A stretch of DNA of 64,000 nucleotides from Anolis carolinensis (GCF_035594765.1 NC_085841.1:88645574-88709573); one strand, 5' to 3'; positions 1-13,494 are shown, counted from the stretch's first letter. The notes: generated by a model from the letters alone, not told the origin. Translations and numbers: made by a program.

Positions 1-1830
1 GGGAGAGGGTGGCGGGAGATGTGAAACTCTAATTATCTTTCCATGCAATACCCAGCAAGCTTATTCAGGGATAAGTTCCACTGAGCACACTGGGACTTAC
101 TTCCAAATTTGCTCATCATTAAACTATATTCCTCTTCAACATCATGACAAATGAATTAAATTTGGACTGAGGACAGCATCTGAGTACTAAGGGTTTCGGT
201 TTCCCTGAATGCGGGAAGAGAGGTTTTTTCTCTCACACACCTCTTCATTTCTCATCACTTGATTACTTAACCCTGGAGGATTTGCAACTGAATGTGTAAA
301 ATTTATTCTGCTAAATAGCACTGCACTGGGTTCTATCTCTGGTGTTTGATCTGTAATGGCTTGTTCAGATGCAAATCATCACTTAATCTACAGTCTTCAA
401 GTGATCAGCATTCATGTGTGAACTGGCTCAGCATCTTGAATACTTTATTCACATTTTTTTAGTCTTGACACTCCATTTCTACAAAAAAAGGCTCAACCTT
501 GCTCTTTAGTACCTGAAGTACTTGAGAATTTTGATGTAGGTTCTATGAAAAGTTATGATCAGTGAACAATCAAGATGGAACATGAATTTTGAAAGCTTAA
601 ATTTACATATAGAGCAAAGGTAACTGTATAATGAGTGTCCCTAATCTCTTTCTATGGATTTTGTATGCAATATACAGTTGAGGAAACTGTAGATACATTC
701 ACAGCCTACTGACACCTTTGTACTTATGATATCACATATATGGCTTTTGCTTCCCCCTCTTACCCCCCCCCCAATCTCTTTTGAAAACAAAAATGCAGGT
801 TTGGTAGGGGTACAGGGAAAAGAAATGAATTATTCACTTAAACTCGCAAAACTGTCTCTGAGCATTATTTGTCTAAGAAAACCACATGAAATTCATGGAG
901 TTGCCATAAGTCAAACAGGTGACTTGAAAACACATACATGCGCGTGTACATTTCTTTCCTCCATTAAAAAATAAGACAAGTTTCAGAATGACCTTCAGAT
1001 TCCTTAGCTAGGTAATTTTTGAATGAGAGGATCTTTCTTATTTCTCAGTCTTAATGCTAGATCATTTAAAAATGACTCAATTAATATCCGTCCCTTTTAT
1101 ATGCACCAAGAAATCTTACAAGTAGATTTTTATGAGAAGTACACTGCATTTTAATTTAATGATTATTTAAAATAAAAACAAAGTACATGCACACTTCTGA
1201 TATCTATGTCATAAGGAATCTTTCATATGCTTTATATTATTAAAATCTATTTCTAATATTTGCAAATATGAAACTAGTTAATATATAAATACATAGAATG
1301 TCACACTCCCATGATAAATATGTACATTGGCCAAATATGTAAAATGGTCCATCTATTGCCTTTCCCTGAACTTTTAAGAGCTTATTATTAGTATGAAAGG
1401 AACAGTTTTCAGAGCATGATCCTCTATTAAAAATTAATAGGAAAATATATTTAGATGTAATACCCTTGAAATATATGGTTAGTCCAGGTAATGCTGGGAG
1501 ATTCTGATTTTCCTCACTATTTCACATTTGAGAAGAGATGAGTGTTATAGGGCAATTTTCCCACACTTGACTACATTGCCTTTTCCTAGGTTTTAATAGC
1601 TTTCTGTCGAGCTTGACATCTATTACCTTATCCGAGACTTTTGGTAAATGTTTTGACCCTGACTGCCTAATGGAACATGGTCTTCTACCTGCTTCTTGAA
1701 ATACACAAGGGGAAATGGCTGGAATGTTCCCCGCACAACATATTTTCGAGTACTATCTCTGCATTTGAGTAAAAGACACCAGCAGGAAACAACATTATCG
1801 CATTACATGGCTCAATAGTCTCTTACTCAC

Positions 1831-1974
1831 CCACATACGGACCAGGCCCTTTGCCTCACTGCACTGCGATGTCAGGCCAAAGCAATAGCAGCTGCTGCAG
1901 CCAAGTGGATTCCTGGCAGAGAGTCCAAACCTGCCAGGTTTGCACCTGTCACAGTAGACACCTTCCACATTCAT
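1831..1974 (-). CDS. LAMA2: Laminin alpha-2 coding exon (exon 24 equivalent, 144 nt), end of the LE array before the L4b domain
   Basis: caatag|ATG AAT GTG ... ATG TGG|gtgagt; MNVEGVYCDRCKPGRFGLSARNPLGCSSCYCFGLTSQCSEAKGLVRMW. Confidence 0.97.
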
Positions 1975-2440
1975 CTATTGTAGAAACAGAAGAGAAAGCT
2001 TTAGAGTTAACATCTTCTTTTCACGCTGTAACACACAAGCATAGCAAGCCTGGCAATCATAATAAGATTCTTAAAACATATAATAATTATAACAACAGTA
2101 GGATGAGCATGTGGTAAACATGCTGACCTTTGCAGAATAAAGCTCAATAACTGTAGAAATTGAAGCACTTATAAAAAGTTCCCCTTATTGGAAGTGAAGT
2201 AGTTAGTGACAGAGGAAGTTCTAGAGAACCTTTGTTTCCTCCATTGATTTTTTTTTGATTTATGGATATGAGTTCCTTCCTATGAGTTATGGATATTGGT
2301 TCCTTCCTGCTTGCAGAGAGCACTTTACAAAAGTTAGCTAGTCTTTTATGGCCCTTTATCTTAGGAAGAGAGAATTCATAAGGCTCCTGTCCTGGAATGG
2401 CTTACACCCACACATTTGAGCCAGTTCTTCCACTAAAATA

Positions 2441-2847
2441 TACCCTATATTCATGTATAAGTCTAGAAATTTCAGTCAAAACATCAGTCCAAAAAAAAAG
2501 AAAAAAAGAAAACTGGGTCAACTTATCCACTGATCAATGCCTTGTACTTTGATTGTTATATATAAAAATGGAACTATCCCCTTATCTGAGTAGAGTGATG
2601 AAAAGCAAGAACTTAAAAGAAACACTGACCCTTTCCCTCCCTGCCATGATGCTACTTCTGGCGTTTTTTTAAGTGTCTAGGGGAGGAAATGTCAGTGTTG
2701 GCTGGGGATACTTTGTCCTGAGGTGGCATTAGTACTTTCCCCTCTCCACAGAATGACCCTTATCTTGTCCACAAATCATATCAAAATCCACATTTTTGGC
2801 CCCAAAATCTGTCCTTGAGGTTGACTGCTACATGAGTATATACAGTA
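2441..2847. mobile_element. Degenerate non-autonomous pogo/Tc2-like DNA transposon (MITE)
   Basis: Termini taccctatattcatgtataag ... catgagtatatacagta are imperfect inverted repeats flanked by TA; a related copy lies at ~53503-53847. Confidence 0.55.
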
Positions 2848-2903
2848 AAGAGGCAATATTTTTAATCTATCTTTTTTCTATCCAAGATAGATTTTCTGAA
2901 GTA

Positions 2904-3961
2904 CAGTAGAGTCTCACTTATCCAACGTAAACGGGCCGGCAGAACGTTGGATAAGCGAATATGTTGGATAATAAGGAGGGGTTAAATAAAAGCCTATTAA
3001 ACATCAAATTACATTATGATTTTACAAATTAAGCACCAAAACATCATGTTAGACAACAAATCCTCAGAAAAAGCAGTTCAATACATGGTAATGTTATGTA
3101 GTAATTACTGTATTTATTAATTTAGCACCAAAACATCATGTTTTATAACAAATCCACAGAAAAAGCAGTTCAATAAATAGGGCCTCTGGAAGTGTAAGGA
3201 GTCAGATATGGAGAAATAAAGCAGCATTAACTCAACAGTTTTTCTTCAGGTTCAGTCCTACTTTGTGAGCATACTGTAGTTTTAATCTCATCTGCTTTCC
3301 CACTGCCCTGGAGTACTTGAGTGCTTAGGATATGAATGCCTGACCATAAACCAAAATAAAGGACAGGTATTATTTCTCTAAAAGGGAAAGAAGCAATATT
3401 ATGTGAACACTAGAGTGAAAACAGCCATCCCTTCCTATAAGATGAATGCAAGAATGTTTTGTAGCTCATTCAGGGCTCTCACCATTTCCTGTTCAGCGCC
3501 TGGCAAATGGAGCAGCCGACTAAGTGTTGCTGCTTAGAGAAGTTTCTCTATGCAGTAACATGCAGATCCCCCCCCCCCTGCGCCTCCCGGGGAGTGGAGC
3601 AGGTGACTGCGTGTTGCTAGGCAGCAACATGCAGACAGCCTTCCACTCCTCCTGGCGACTGGTGAAGCCGAAAGTGTTGCTGCTTAGAGAAGTTTCTCTA
3701 AGCAGCAACATGCAGAAGGCCCCCCGCTCCCCCCAGCGAGCAGAGCAGCTGATTGAGTATCAGCAACATGCAGAGGTCCTCCCGCCCTTCCCGACGAGTG
3801 GAGAAGCCCGCTGCATTTTGCCAGGAAGGGCGAGACGCGGCAGTGCAGGCTGGATGCTCCGATGGGAGAGGCCTGCTGTGCTAGAGCAACCACTGAGCTG
3901 ACTTGCGTCGGATAATACGGTACGTCGGATAAGCGGAAGTCGGATAAGCGGGACTCTACTG
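2904..3961. mobile_element. Non-autonomous Tc1/mariner(pogo)-type DNA transposon
   Basis: TA|CAGTAGAGTCTCACTTATCCAAC ... GTCGGATAAGCGGGACTCTACTG|TA: terminal inverted repeats and TA duplication; internal palindromic subrepeats; no transposase ORF. Confidence 0.85.
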
Positions 3962-5196
3962 TAATACTTTTTCAACTTTACAAGAGCATCCTGAGTATTT
4001 AACTCCTGTTTTCTACTGCAAGCTCATATTGCACTGGCTACGCTGTACTCTGCTTGATATAGGTACCATACATCCCCACTGCTCTTTCCTGCTGCTCTAT
4101 AGTAAAATGCATGTCAATGAGAAACTCAAGAGAAGCATTCTGACTGAAAATGTTGAATCTGCTTCATGTTGGATCAGACCAGTAGAAAAAGCTTTGGAAA
4201 AAGAGTGCACAAAATAAAGATTTGCCTCAAAGGATGTGCAAAATACATTTTTAAAACACATCAGGTGATCAGGAGTGGAATCAATTACAGCCCAACTCAG
4301 AGGTATTGAGGTTGTAACTCCTCTGATTCCTCTGGTTGTTCTAGCCAGTTGATGGGAGTTGCAGTCCTACATCTGGAAGGCCATAGTCAATTCCCAGTTT
4401 GGATGAAAATGAAGTTTCTGGAGAAATATGAGATATGATTCCTGAAAATTATTTGCCCACTATTTAACTATAAGTTTGTGCAGAAACCAGGACACTTATT
4501 GTAGGAAGATTCTGAACCAGTAAAGGTCTTCTTATATTCTTCCTTAACTTTTACTACAGAGAAAGGGAATGTAATGACCATTTTATAATACAACAGTTAT
4601 ATTAGAGCCAGTGAGGCCCAAACTGGATTAATAGAAATTGAAAATGAACAGTATAAATGAAAAAGTGTGCATATTCAGAAATAACACATATAAAAAAAAT
4701 TGCTTAAAAGTATGTAAATGTATCATTTAACATTTCAAGTGTTATAACTCCACTCAAAATGGTAGTTATGCATAGATTATTGATTTCAAAGGGCTACATG
4801 AATTCTTTACATCTGTGATTTGTTTAAAAACATCTTCACCATGCTGTATAGAAGACAATTAAGGCAATGAATTAAGATGGTTTTATGGTCTCTACCTAGT
4901 TGAAAGCCATAAACTATTCTCTTCACAATGGTCTCCTGAGACAAAGTCCACTATCCAGACAAATTTTAAATACCAGTTTCTTATTGTCATATCTCATCAC
5001 AGTACCCAGCTCTGTGTCTTCTGCATGTACTGAGATCCTAGTGTCAATGCAAATGGCTATGTAAAAGACAATGGTAAGAGAACACTTCTGGCTCATGGAC
5101 TTTTATTATACTGGTTTCCAAACACATTGCAACTTAATGGACCCAATTCAGGCTTAGTTGCTCTTCAGCTCATCTGAAATTCAGAGTATCAAAGCT

Positions 5197-5467
5197 TTTT
5201 TTCTTCTTCGTGTCAGGAGCAACCGGAGTTGCTTCTGGAGTGAGAGAATTGGCCGTCTGCAAGGACGTTGCCCAGGGGACGCCAGGGATGTTTTGATGTT
5301 TTATCATCCTTGTGGGGGGCTTCTCTCATGTCCCTGCATGGAGCTGGAGCTGATAGAGGGAGCTCATCCACATTCTCCCCGGGTGGGATTCAAACCTGGC
5401 AGCCTTCAGGTCAGCAACCCAACCTTCAAGTCACAAGGCTTTTATCCCCTAGGCCATCGGAGGCTCC
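5197..5467 (-). mobile_element. tRNA-derived SINE (AnolisSINE2-like)
   Basis: 12-bp TSD agtatcaaagct (5185-5196 and 5468-5479), A-rich tail; reverse-orientation relative of the copy at 61676-61955. Confidence 0.85.
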
Positions 5468-7159
5468 AGTATCAAAGCTAACTAGTCCCGCTGATTTCAT
5501 AGCATTTTTACTTTTCATGGTGCTGAAGAGAGCAAGCTAAACAAGCCCCAGAATTCTTCTGTCCAAATATTGTTGGACAGTAAAGTCAGTCCCACATAGT
5601 ATGGCCAATGGCTAGAGTTCAGAAATTATAGTCAAGTGGCAAATGGCATCCATATGGCCACAGGTCTCCTGCCTGCAAATTGTATTAACTCACCACAAAT
5701 GGAAAATATAGGGAGAGAAAACTGCTCATTTCTCCAATTCATTTTCTTACATATTTCCTGTTAAATCTGCAGATGTATTACCTGATAGGAATGGAAGATG
5801 AGGGATGAGCCAAGTTTATGGTATTGATTTGCTCCTCCCCCCCCCCCCAGTGATTCTCCTTTTTCTTTCCCAAATAGATGTCAAGTTATTTCCTATTAAT
5901 TTAAGGGAAGCTTCAGACTTAATTATTCAAGAACTTTCCCTTGTATTGAAAATGTCAGTTGTGAAGGATCCTAAAATATGTCTATACGTCTTTTTAAAGG
6001 AGATAATAGCAGTCTTTTATATAAAGGCCCTGTAATACCTTGCATTGTTAGCTCGGTTGATAATAGCTCAGGGATGAAAAGATGTTCACAATTATTTACT
6101 ATTTGCATATAATATATAAAAAGATATGGAAAGGAAAAGTTAAACCAGATGCATTTTATTTAAATTGATACCCATTCTTTCAATATGCTAACAATGAAAC
6201 CACAGATACTGCTGTTCAAGATAAATATGGGTAGAATGGCAAAAATAAGTGCAGTTTGAAAGAAAAGAACTAATTTGGATAATTTGGGCTGTTCTATCTT
6301 CCTATGGACTCTAGTACTATAATTATATATTTAAATGATAATGAGAATTTTGGACAATAATTAATTTTAAAATATTCTTTTTTCCGTTCATTGTTGTAGT
6401 AGAACTAATTGCTGAGAGAGAGGGGGGGTGATACAATAAAGGACTACTGTTAAATTTGCTTTATTTTTTATGCCTTCAAGTAATTTCCAATTTATGACTA
6501 GGGCAAATTAATCTTGGGGATTTTTGAGAAAGATTTGTTACTTTTGCCTTACTCTGAGGAAGTGTAGATTTGCCCAAAGTCAGCCAAGGGGTTTTCTTGG
6601 TTGAGTGGGGACCCTATTCTCGAGCCATGTTAATATACTCACAATGTTTATTCCATTTACTCTGTAGGTCCATTCTGAACTCAACAGAGTTGAATAAGTA
6701 ATTGGTAGGGGTATAACAGTTGTCTACAACTTCTATGAGACAAAGAGCATGGCAATGGTCAGGATAGACATTGTAATGCAAAACATAGAGAATCCAGGTT
6801 TGGAAAAATTAAACAATATTATCATGCTTGTTTCTGTGTGCATTCAGTTTGGCTCTAATCTCTGTTGACCATATCAGAGGACTTCCTTGGCAGAAATGGA
6901 TTGTCACTATTTTCTTCTAAGGCTGACAAAATATGATTTGTCCAGTGTTTCCATAGTTGAGCAATTATTTGAACCATTATTTCCTAGAGTCCTAATTCAA
7001 AACTAGAAACATTATACCATGTTGGCTCCTTATTCACATCTAGAGAAATATGTTGAAGAGTTAATTTTCAACTGATCATGTCTGAGCTCAGCTACAATGG
7101 AGATAGATTAGCAACAGAAATGAATAACTTTCATGATAGTGTCATTCTTTATTGCTTAC

Positions 7160-7396
7160 CTTGCAAGTGCACTGTCCTGAATGATCTGAACATGAACATT
7201 TCTCCATCTCTGAATTACAAGTATGTGGCTCAGTCCCTGCTACCATGCATTCGCAGGCAATGCACTGTGGATAGTTTCGATATCCCAGCCTGCATTCAGT
7301 ACATTTATCCCCTGAAAATTCTGGACGGCAGAAACAGCAACCAGTATCAGGGTTACATTGGAAACTGAGAGATCCAGCTGTACTACATTCACAGGC
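7160..7396 (-). CDS. LAMA2: Laminin alpha-2 coding exon (exon 23 equivalent, 237 nt)
   Basis: ttttag|GCC TGT GAA ... TGC AAG|gtaagc; ACECSTAGSLSFQCNPDTGCCFCRPEFSGDKCTECRLGYRNYPQCIACECMVAGTEPHTCNSEMEKCSCSDHSGQCTCK. Confidence 0.97.
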
Positions 7397-8350
7397 CTAA
7401 AATAGGAAAAGAAGATGTAACAGTATCATCATCATCTAATTTTTGATAGGATGGATTCTCAAATTTAAAATAGGCACACTTCCCCAAAATAATAAAAACC
7501 TATGTTTTTATTTTGTGCAAGTAAAAGTTCGCAACCATAATATAACCATAATTTACAGTGTGATTTTTTAAAAAAATTAAAGTTTTTAAAGTGAATGATT
7601 TTTAAGCTTTGGTATTGTGGAGAATTATTTCTTCCAAGCCTGAGACATTTTTGTTGGGAAATAAATTGGATGCATTTTTTATGGAGATATGTTTCTGCTT
7701 TTTGTGAGTGTCGGGGGTATGGAATGCATCCTGCAGCTTGGGATTCATTTGGAGACAAAATGTGCATGAAAACGTATTTTTTAAAAAATGTGTGTTTGCG
7801 TGTGTGTTTGTGTGTGTGTGTGTGTTGCACATAAGCACTGAAAAAATGTATACACATTTCCGAGAAGGGGAAAAATATTGCAAACTGAAAAGAACAGAAT
7901 GGGAACAATGGTGTAAAATTAAGAACATTAGAAAGACAAAAATATATAAATTTGCATATTCTTAAATAAGAGTTAGAAATGTATGGGGTTTAGATGCAAG
8001 CAGAATAGACAGCTAGCAGAATAAAGTCCCCTTCTTCCCGAAGCATTCCCTTGAGTCCAGTTTTCTGGGTTCCTTTCTGAGTCACTTCCTGTGGATATCT
8101 CATCAGCGCAAATAACTTAGGAAGGCTAAAATGTATCCAAATTGCTTTTCACATTTATAGGGTATTTGGGGCTTGACTAAACTGAAGTGGTCCAGAGGTC
8201 ACTACTTGATGTCTACATAGACCAGGGCTCCTTCTATGATTATGAGGTCTTTCACAGCAATGGGGCTGTCCGACAGAAGCAGAGGTGATAGAGAAAGTAA
8301 GGTGATAGTCCAGGTGAGCCAAATAAGTTTCAACCTAGCTGAATAGTGTA

Positions 8351-8770
8351 CCGTGTTTCCCCAAAAATAAGACAGTCATATTATTTTTTACTCCCAAAGA
8401 TGCGCTAGGTCTTATTTTCAGGGGATGCCTTATTTTTCCATGAAGAAGAATTAACATTTATTGTTGAACAAAAAATGAACATTTATTCTATACTATACAG
8501 TAGTTGTCATCACAAACCAACATAACTAAACCAGACAAACTGTGACTCCTGTCAAGAATTTCTTGTTACTACCATTATTTCCATATACAACTGGTATGTA
8601 CATTTACCAATCCTGCATGCTATGATGTTTTGTTTGGTGGGCACCGGGCATGCTTCCAAACAAAAGCTTTGCTAGGTCTTACTTTCGGGGGAGGCCTTAT
8701 ATTTAGCAATTCAACAAAACCTCTACTAGGTCTTATTTTTTGGGGATGTCTTATTTTCGGGGAAACAGGA
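8351..8770. mobile_element. Tc1/mariner(pogo/Tigger-like) MITE
   Basis: TA|ccgtgtttccccaaaaataagaca ... tgtcttattttcggggaaacagga|TA; internal repeated ctaggtcttatttt motifs. Confidence 0.8.
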
Positions 8771-11700
8771 TAGTTTCTGCCTTGCTGCCACCATAAGTTG
8801 GGCACAAAACATTTCTTCTTTGTTCTGGCCTCAAAATAACTGGCCACTGTAGACAAGCCCTTGCATACAAAATATGCTTTTAAAAATAATTGAGCAGTTC
8901 ATAAGACCTCCATACTCATATGTGTACCCCACACCCTTACCTTATAGTGACCCCTTTATTATCTGTATACACCAAATGCATACAAAAGAACACTAAAATG
9001 CACTTTCACTCAACAAATAACATAGACAAAAATGAAAATTAAAGCAAGTTTCTAGTATATGTAACTGCAGAGATATCTTGAAAGAGAGTGAGTTGCCACC
9101 TTGGGGTCTATTAAAAGCAAAAAGAAGAATGAGAATTGGGGGGGGGGGGGGTTAAGCTACCAGTAGTTTGAGAAGTTCCTTGAATTGGATACTTTGGAGG
9201 GCTACCATTAATTGAAATTTTCCAAACTCTCTAATATATTTAAATTAAAAGTAGGAAATTTAATTAGGTTAATTGGATCTAAAAGAGTGTAATCATGCCA
9301 AGTATCGACCAATTACAAAATGTTGGCAAAACATGTTAACTGTCTCAAAGGATCACATTGAAAATATCAGCTGAAAATTTGTGTTAACATTTACTTCACT
9401 GTATTAAAATGTAGTGATATAAATGTTGGACATAAGGATTTAGAAGTGGATGGTTATCAAGATAATACAAAAAACATAATAAAACAGAAGATGAACTCAT
9501 GGGTCAATAAAGCTTCCACACAATGTATGCATATTATAATTCCACTATTGTATTTCACATCTCCCACCAAATAAAAAAAATGCTGATCTTGTAGTCCTAA
9601 AGATTTCATTCTGAGTTGGAATCCTTATCCAGCTTACAAAATGCTTTCTGCAAAGCCTCAATACTTCATTTCTGTGTTTGCTTACTGAATTTTCATTCAA
9701 CCAAGGTACCTTTCTCATCAGTGAGGAATGGCACTGAGATATGGTACTAGAAGACTGAAGGCGAAAGAAACTTCAGATTAATTTTGATAGGTGCTCATAG
9801 TTACTATACTTTCATTTGTTGCTAAAAACTAAACCTAATATCTACATTAGGAGCAACCAATGCAGACAGAGAGGTGCATATTCACTAGTGCTATAGTGTG
9901 TATTGTGGATGTACTGAATTGCAGTTATATAAATTGAGACACAACGTATTTGGTTTGGATAGTTGAATTATTAGAATTTTAAATAAAGAACTGTGTCATA
10001 TTTGAAACAAGGCAAAATTATACATTGATAGAGTTGTGCCATTTTACTAAAATCAAAAAAGCGGAACTAAAAAGATATTGGAACAAAAATCTGGAAACAT
10101 GTATGATTTACATCAAACCTCAGCAGAAAGATTGTATGATAAATCAATTTCAGTGTAATAGATAAAGATACACAAAATCTGTTGGTTTAATTATGGTAGT
10201 CCAGATCTGAGCTGTACATAACTGGGACCACTAACAGTTAAGTATTGCCTGGCAGGCTGCCGTATAGTCAAAGAATTAAAATCTATTTGGAGCAATATGC
10301 CTGCATAGTGAGTAATGCCAGAGGATAATGCCTACTGGGCAAATTGTTCGCCATATGCAGAGTAAATTACAATCAAATGTAATGTTTGTTTTGCAAGAAG
10401 GCAGCTTCATGCAATATTCCCTTGCCAGTGAATTATGATGGGTTCTAAAACCAGCTCCACTAAAAGCTCAAATGGTGTGGGGGCAATCGCATCTTGCTTT
10501 GGAGAAATTAGTTGCAATGCGTTAAAAAGGGGAGACTTGGCTGACATATCATTATTAATTTAGAGAGTGCCGTGGCAGCTGCCATACTAATGCATTCACA
10601 TAATAGACAAGGCAAGGAAAGATAGGAGAGATCCCAGTGCTGAAACAAGGGTCTTCACCCCTATTAAGTTGGTTTGCAGAAGCCTGGTGATCTGTATGCT
10701 GAAACAAGCCAGAGGAACTTTACAACTCAAAGAGAAAATAAATTATTCTGCATTAATTAACTTATTTTTACAGCCTTCAGAAACAGCCTTCTAAAAGAGA
10801 GCATTGTAGCATCTGATTGCTTGCATTCAGGTAACATACATTGAAGGAAATCACAACAAATGTTAAATTAAACCTCTTTATGTTTCTGTTAATGATCATT
10901 TGTTCAGCATCTTTAATATGCAGTGATTACAGTCTTTATCTTGTTCATTTTCAGTACATTCTGAAGAGAAAGTTATTCTGCTTTTTGCTCTAATAAAAAG
11001 GATTGGAAATTGAGAAAAAAACTGTCCTAATGTCATGCAGTGAATCTAGGGTAGAAAGGGAGGTGGAAATACATATGAATTCTGACTGTGTTCATTGGCC
11101 CACAACGACTCTTATTCAGATCATTTTTGAACTAGGTTCTGAACAGAGAAAAATCAAAATGCTATTTTTACTACAGGAGAAGCTATTAAATTACAGATTA
11201 ATTAACAAAAAATAATAATAGCAAAACTTTATTTCTATCCCACCCTATCTCCCCAATGGAGACTCAGGGCAGTTCACAACATACAACGGTAAACATTCAA
11301 TGCCATAAAGTGCAACCAAAAAACAAATAAACAAACCATAAATCAAATAATAACATGTTAGACATCAACATCAGACAATAATGAGACATTACAGCAAATT
11401 AAGTATCAATCAACTAGAAATTCACATTTTGATGAGTAAATATTTAAAAACAACATTTCCATATTCCATTCCATTTTGTTTGTGCCAGATGTTTTATATG
11501 TCCTCCTCTCTGTATGCTTGTGAGCATAAAAAGGTCTTTTTTGAAGGAGAGCAATGAGGGGGGCGTTTTGATCTTCTTAGGGAGGGAGTAATAATAATGT
11601 AATTATTAGCAGTGATTTAAACATTGAAAATGTGTTGCTTTCTTGTTGCATGTGGTCAGATTATCTCCAGCCCTATGTCAAACCTATCACAAGGTTTTCT

Positions 11701-12457
11701 TAGCAAGATTCTCAGGGAGAGTTTGCCTTCCTCGATGTGAGAGTCACCAGCTACCACTGTTACATCAGGTAATATCCTGAGCGCACAAATCTTGTAACTC
11801 AGATTTCTGTCTCTGGTGCCTTGAATTCCATCTTGGGAGAAATCCTCAAGAATAAATAAGTAAATAAATAATCCTAGTTCTCATTACAGAAAATAAATAT
11901 GCAATGCAATACAAATACTGCTCACAGATACCAAACATTGAGACCTAAATCCTATTGTTAGATATAACTAAAGGAGACCCATTGAATAAAAGCTCATTAT
12001 GGTAAGACAACATTTAAGCAGCCGCCATTGATACAGTGGCCTATTCCAGTTGGGACTAGCAACTAGATTCAGATTTGAGTGCCATGTAATTATATGAATT
12101 TAAATAAGATTATGTATCAAAATAGTGCATGAAGCAAAGAAAACTCTGTCAAACACAATTGATTTAGTTTGATGTTTGGTTCTCCATAGCCCTTTGAGAT
12201 ATAATAAATGATGCTCAACTGCAGATTGTGCTTCTCTGGCTACATTATATTTCTGAAATATGTTTGTATGAGTCTGAACACTCTATTTGCCCAGAGAATC
12301 AGTCCTAACTCAAACAGCATATTCCATGATTTCATTTAATGTAAATGCTAACAAAGGAAAACTCAGTTCTAGAATATCATAGATATTAGGTCCCTAACAG
12401 AAATTTACTACACAAAAAGTCAAGAAACTCAAACAAGGAAAATACAGATTCACTCAC

Positions 12458-12594
12458 CTTGCACCCACTGATAATATCATGGCCCCAGTGATTTGGTGCA
12501 CATTTTTCACACCGTTGTCCTACAGTGTTGGGAGGGCAGATACAACGGCCAGTAAATGGGTCACAATTATTACCAAGATGGGAACACTCACAGG
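12458..12594 (-). CDS. LAMA2: Laminin alpha-2 coding exon (exon 22 equivalent, 137 nt)
   Basis: tttgtag|CC TGT GAG ... TGC AAG|gtgagt; (P)CECSHLGNNCDPFTGRCICPPNTVGQRCEKCAPNHWGHDIISGCK. Confidence 0.97.
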
Positions 12595-12628
12595 CTACAA
12601 AGAAAAGGATAAGAGAAGAACAGATAAG

Positions 12629-13494
12629 TGTGATGACTCATGGGCCTTGTAGTTAGTTCCTAGTACTATTGTGGCAGACGAAGAGGAAAACATGAGGTTT
12701 TCGCCGGTTCAGCAAGAGCCGGAGTCTCTTCACCTGCAGGATGTTGATGTTTGCCCTCAAGAATTCAGCCAAACAGGCCTTGGGCAGAACTCCCCTCCGT
12801 TTCCCAGGAGGGAAAATTATTCTAAAGACAGGGGAGTCAGGGAGGCTAATCGGAGAAGCCTGAGAATCGCTGCCAAACAAATGGCTGATTAGGTCTGCTT
12901 CCCTTGGGAAATTCTAAGGAGTCATGCATCTGGACAGAGTTGGGTTTCGCTTCTCATTCTCTAGGGAAAGAGTTCTGTTGGCGGGAAAACGAGACCCAAT
13001 ATAGGTGTTTGGCGCGAGGGATTCTTTGCGGAGTCAATTGATCAGCTTGAGGAGAGAGATCGTGTGTGGACTTCGTAATCCCAGTTCCTTGTTTCCCGGA
13101 TCAAGCTTCAAGCCTTGCCCTGTCTCACGGTTTTACCATGGACTCTGTTTCATGCTTCATGTTCGCCTTGTCTTCAGTCACGGATCTAGCCAAGAATCAA
13201 GTTTATTTCCAGCCTTGTTGTCAAGCTTCATTGGACTCTAAGACTCTGTTATTTCCCCCACACTATTGCTTGGCAAAGTGTGTGTTTCGGTCAAGTGGAT
13301 TAAAACTTTGAACTCTAATATCTTATATTGGACAATACATTTCTGGACTATATTTGACCTCATCTGAAAGGTCTGCTTCTGAACTATATTCTTCACTTGT
13401 TTTTATTGATTTTATATATTTCCTTAATAAAGATATTAGATAGAGACTGGCCTCTGTGTAAGGTTATTGGTGCTCTGCAGCCAGGGACCTGACA
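12629..13494 (+). mobile_element. Solo LTR (Gypsy/BEL-type), 866 bp
   Basis: TG...CA termini, perfect 5-bp TSD ataag, AATAAA near the 3' end; homologous to the LTR at 30302-31207. Confidence 0.9.

Noticed and set aside
60-180. Possible LAMA2 exon 25 (minus-strand gtaag donor near 96-100)
   Set aside because: The translation does not resemble the L4b domain, and the donor-like motif is part of a palindromic repeat. I found neither exon 25 nor exon 17 in the window.
7465-7965. Four overlapping ORFs next to exon 23
   Set aside because: AT-rich, TG-repeat low-complexity sequence with no domain similarity or coherent splice signals.
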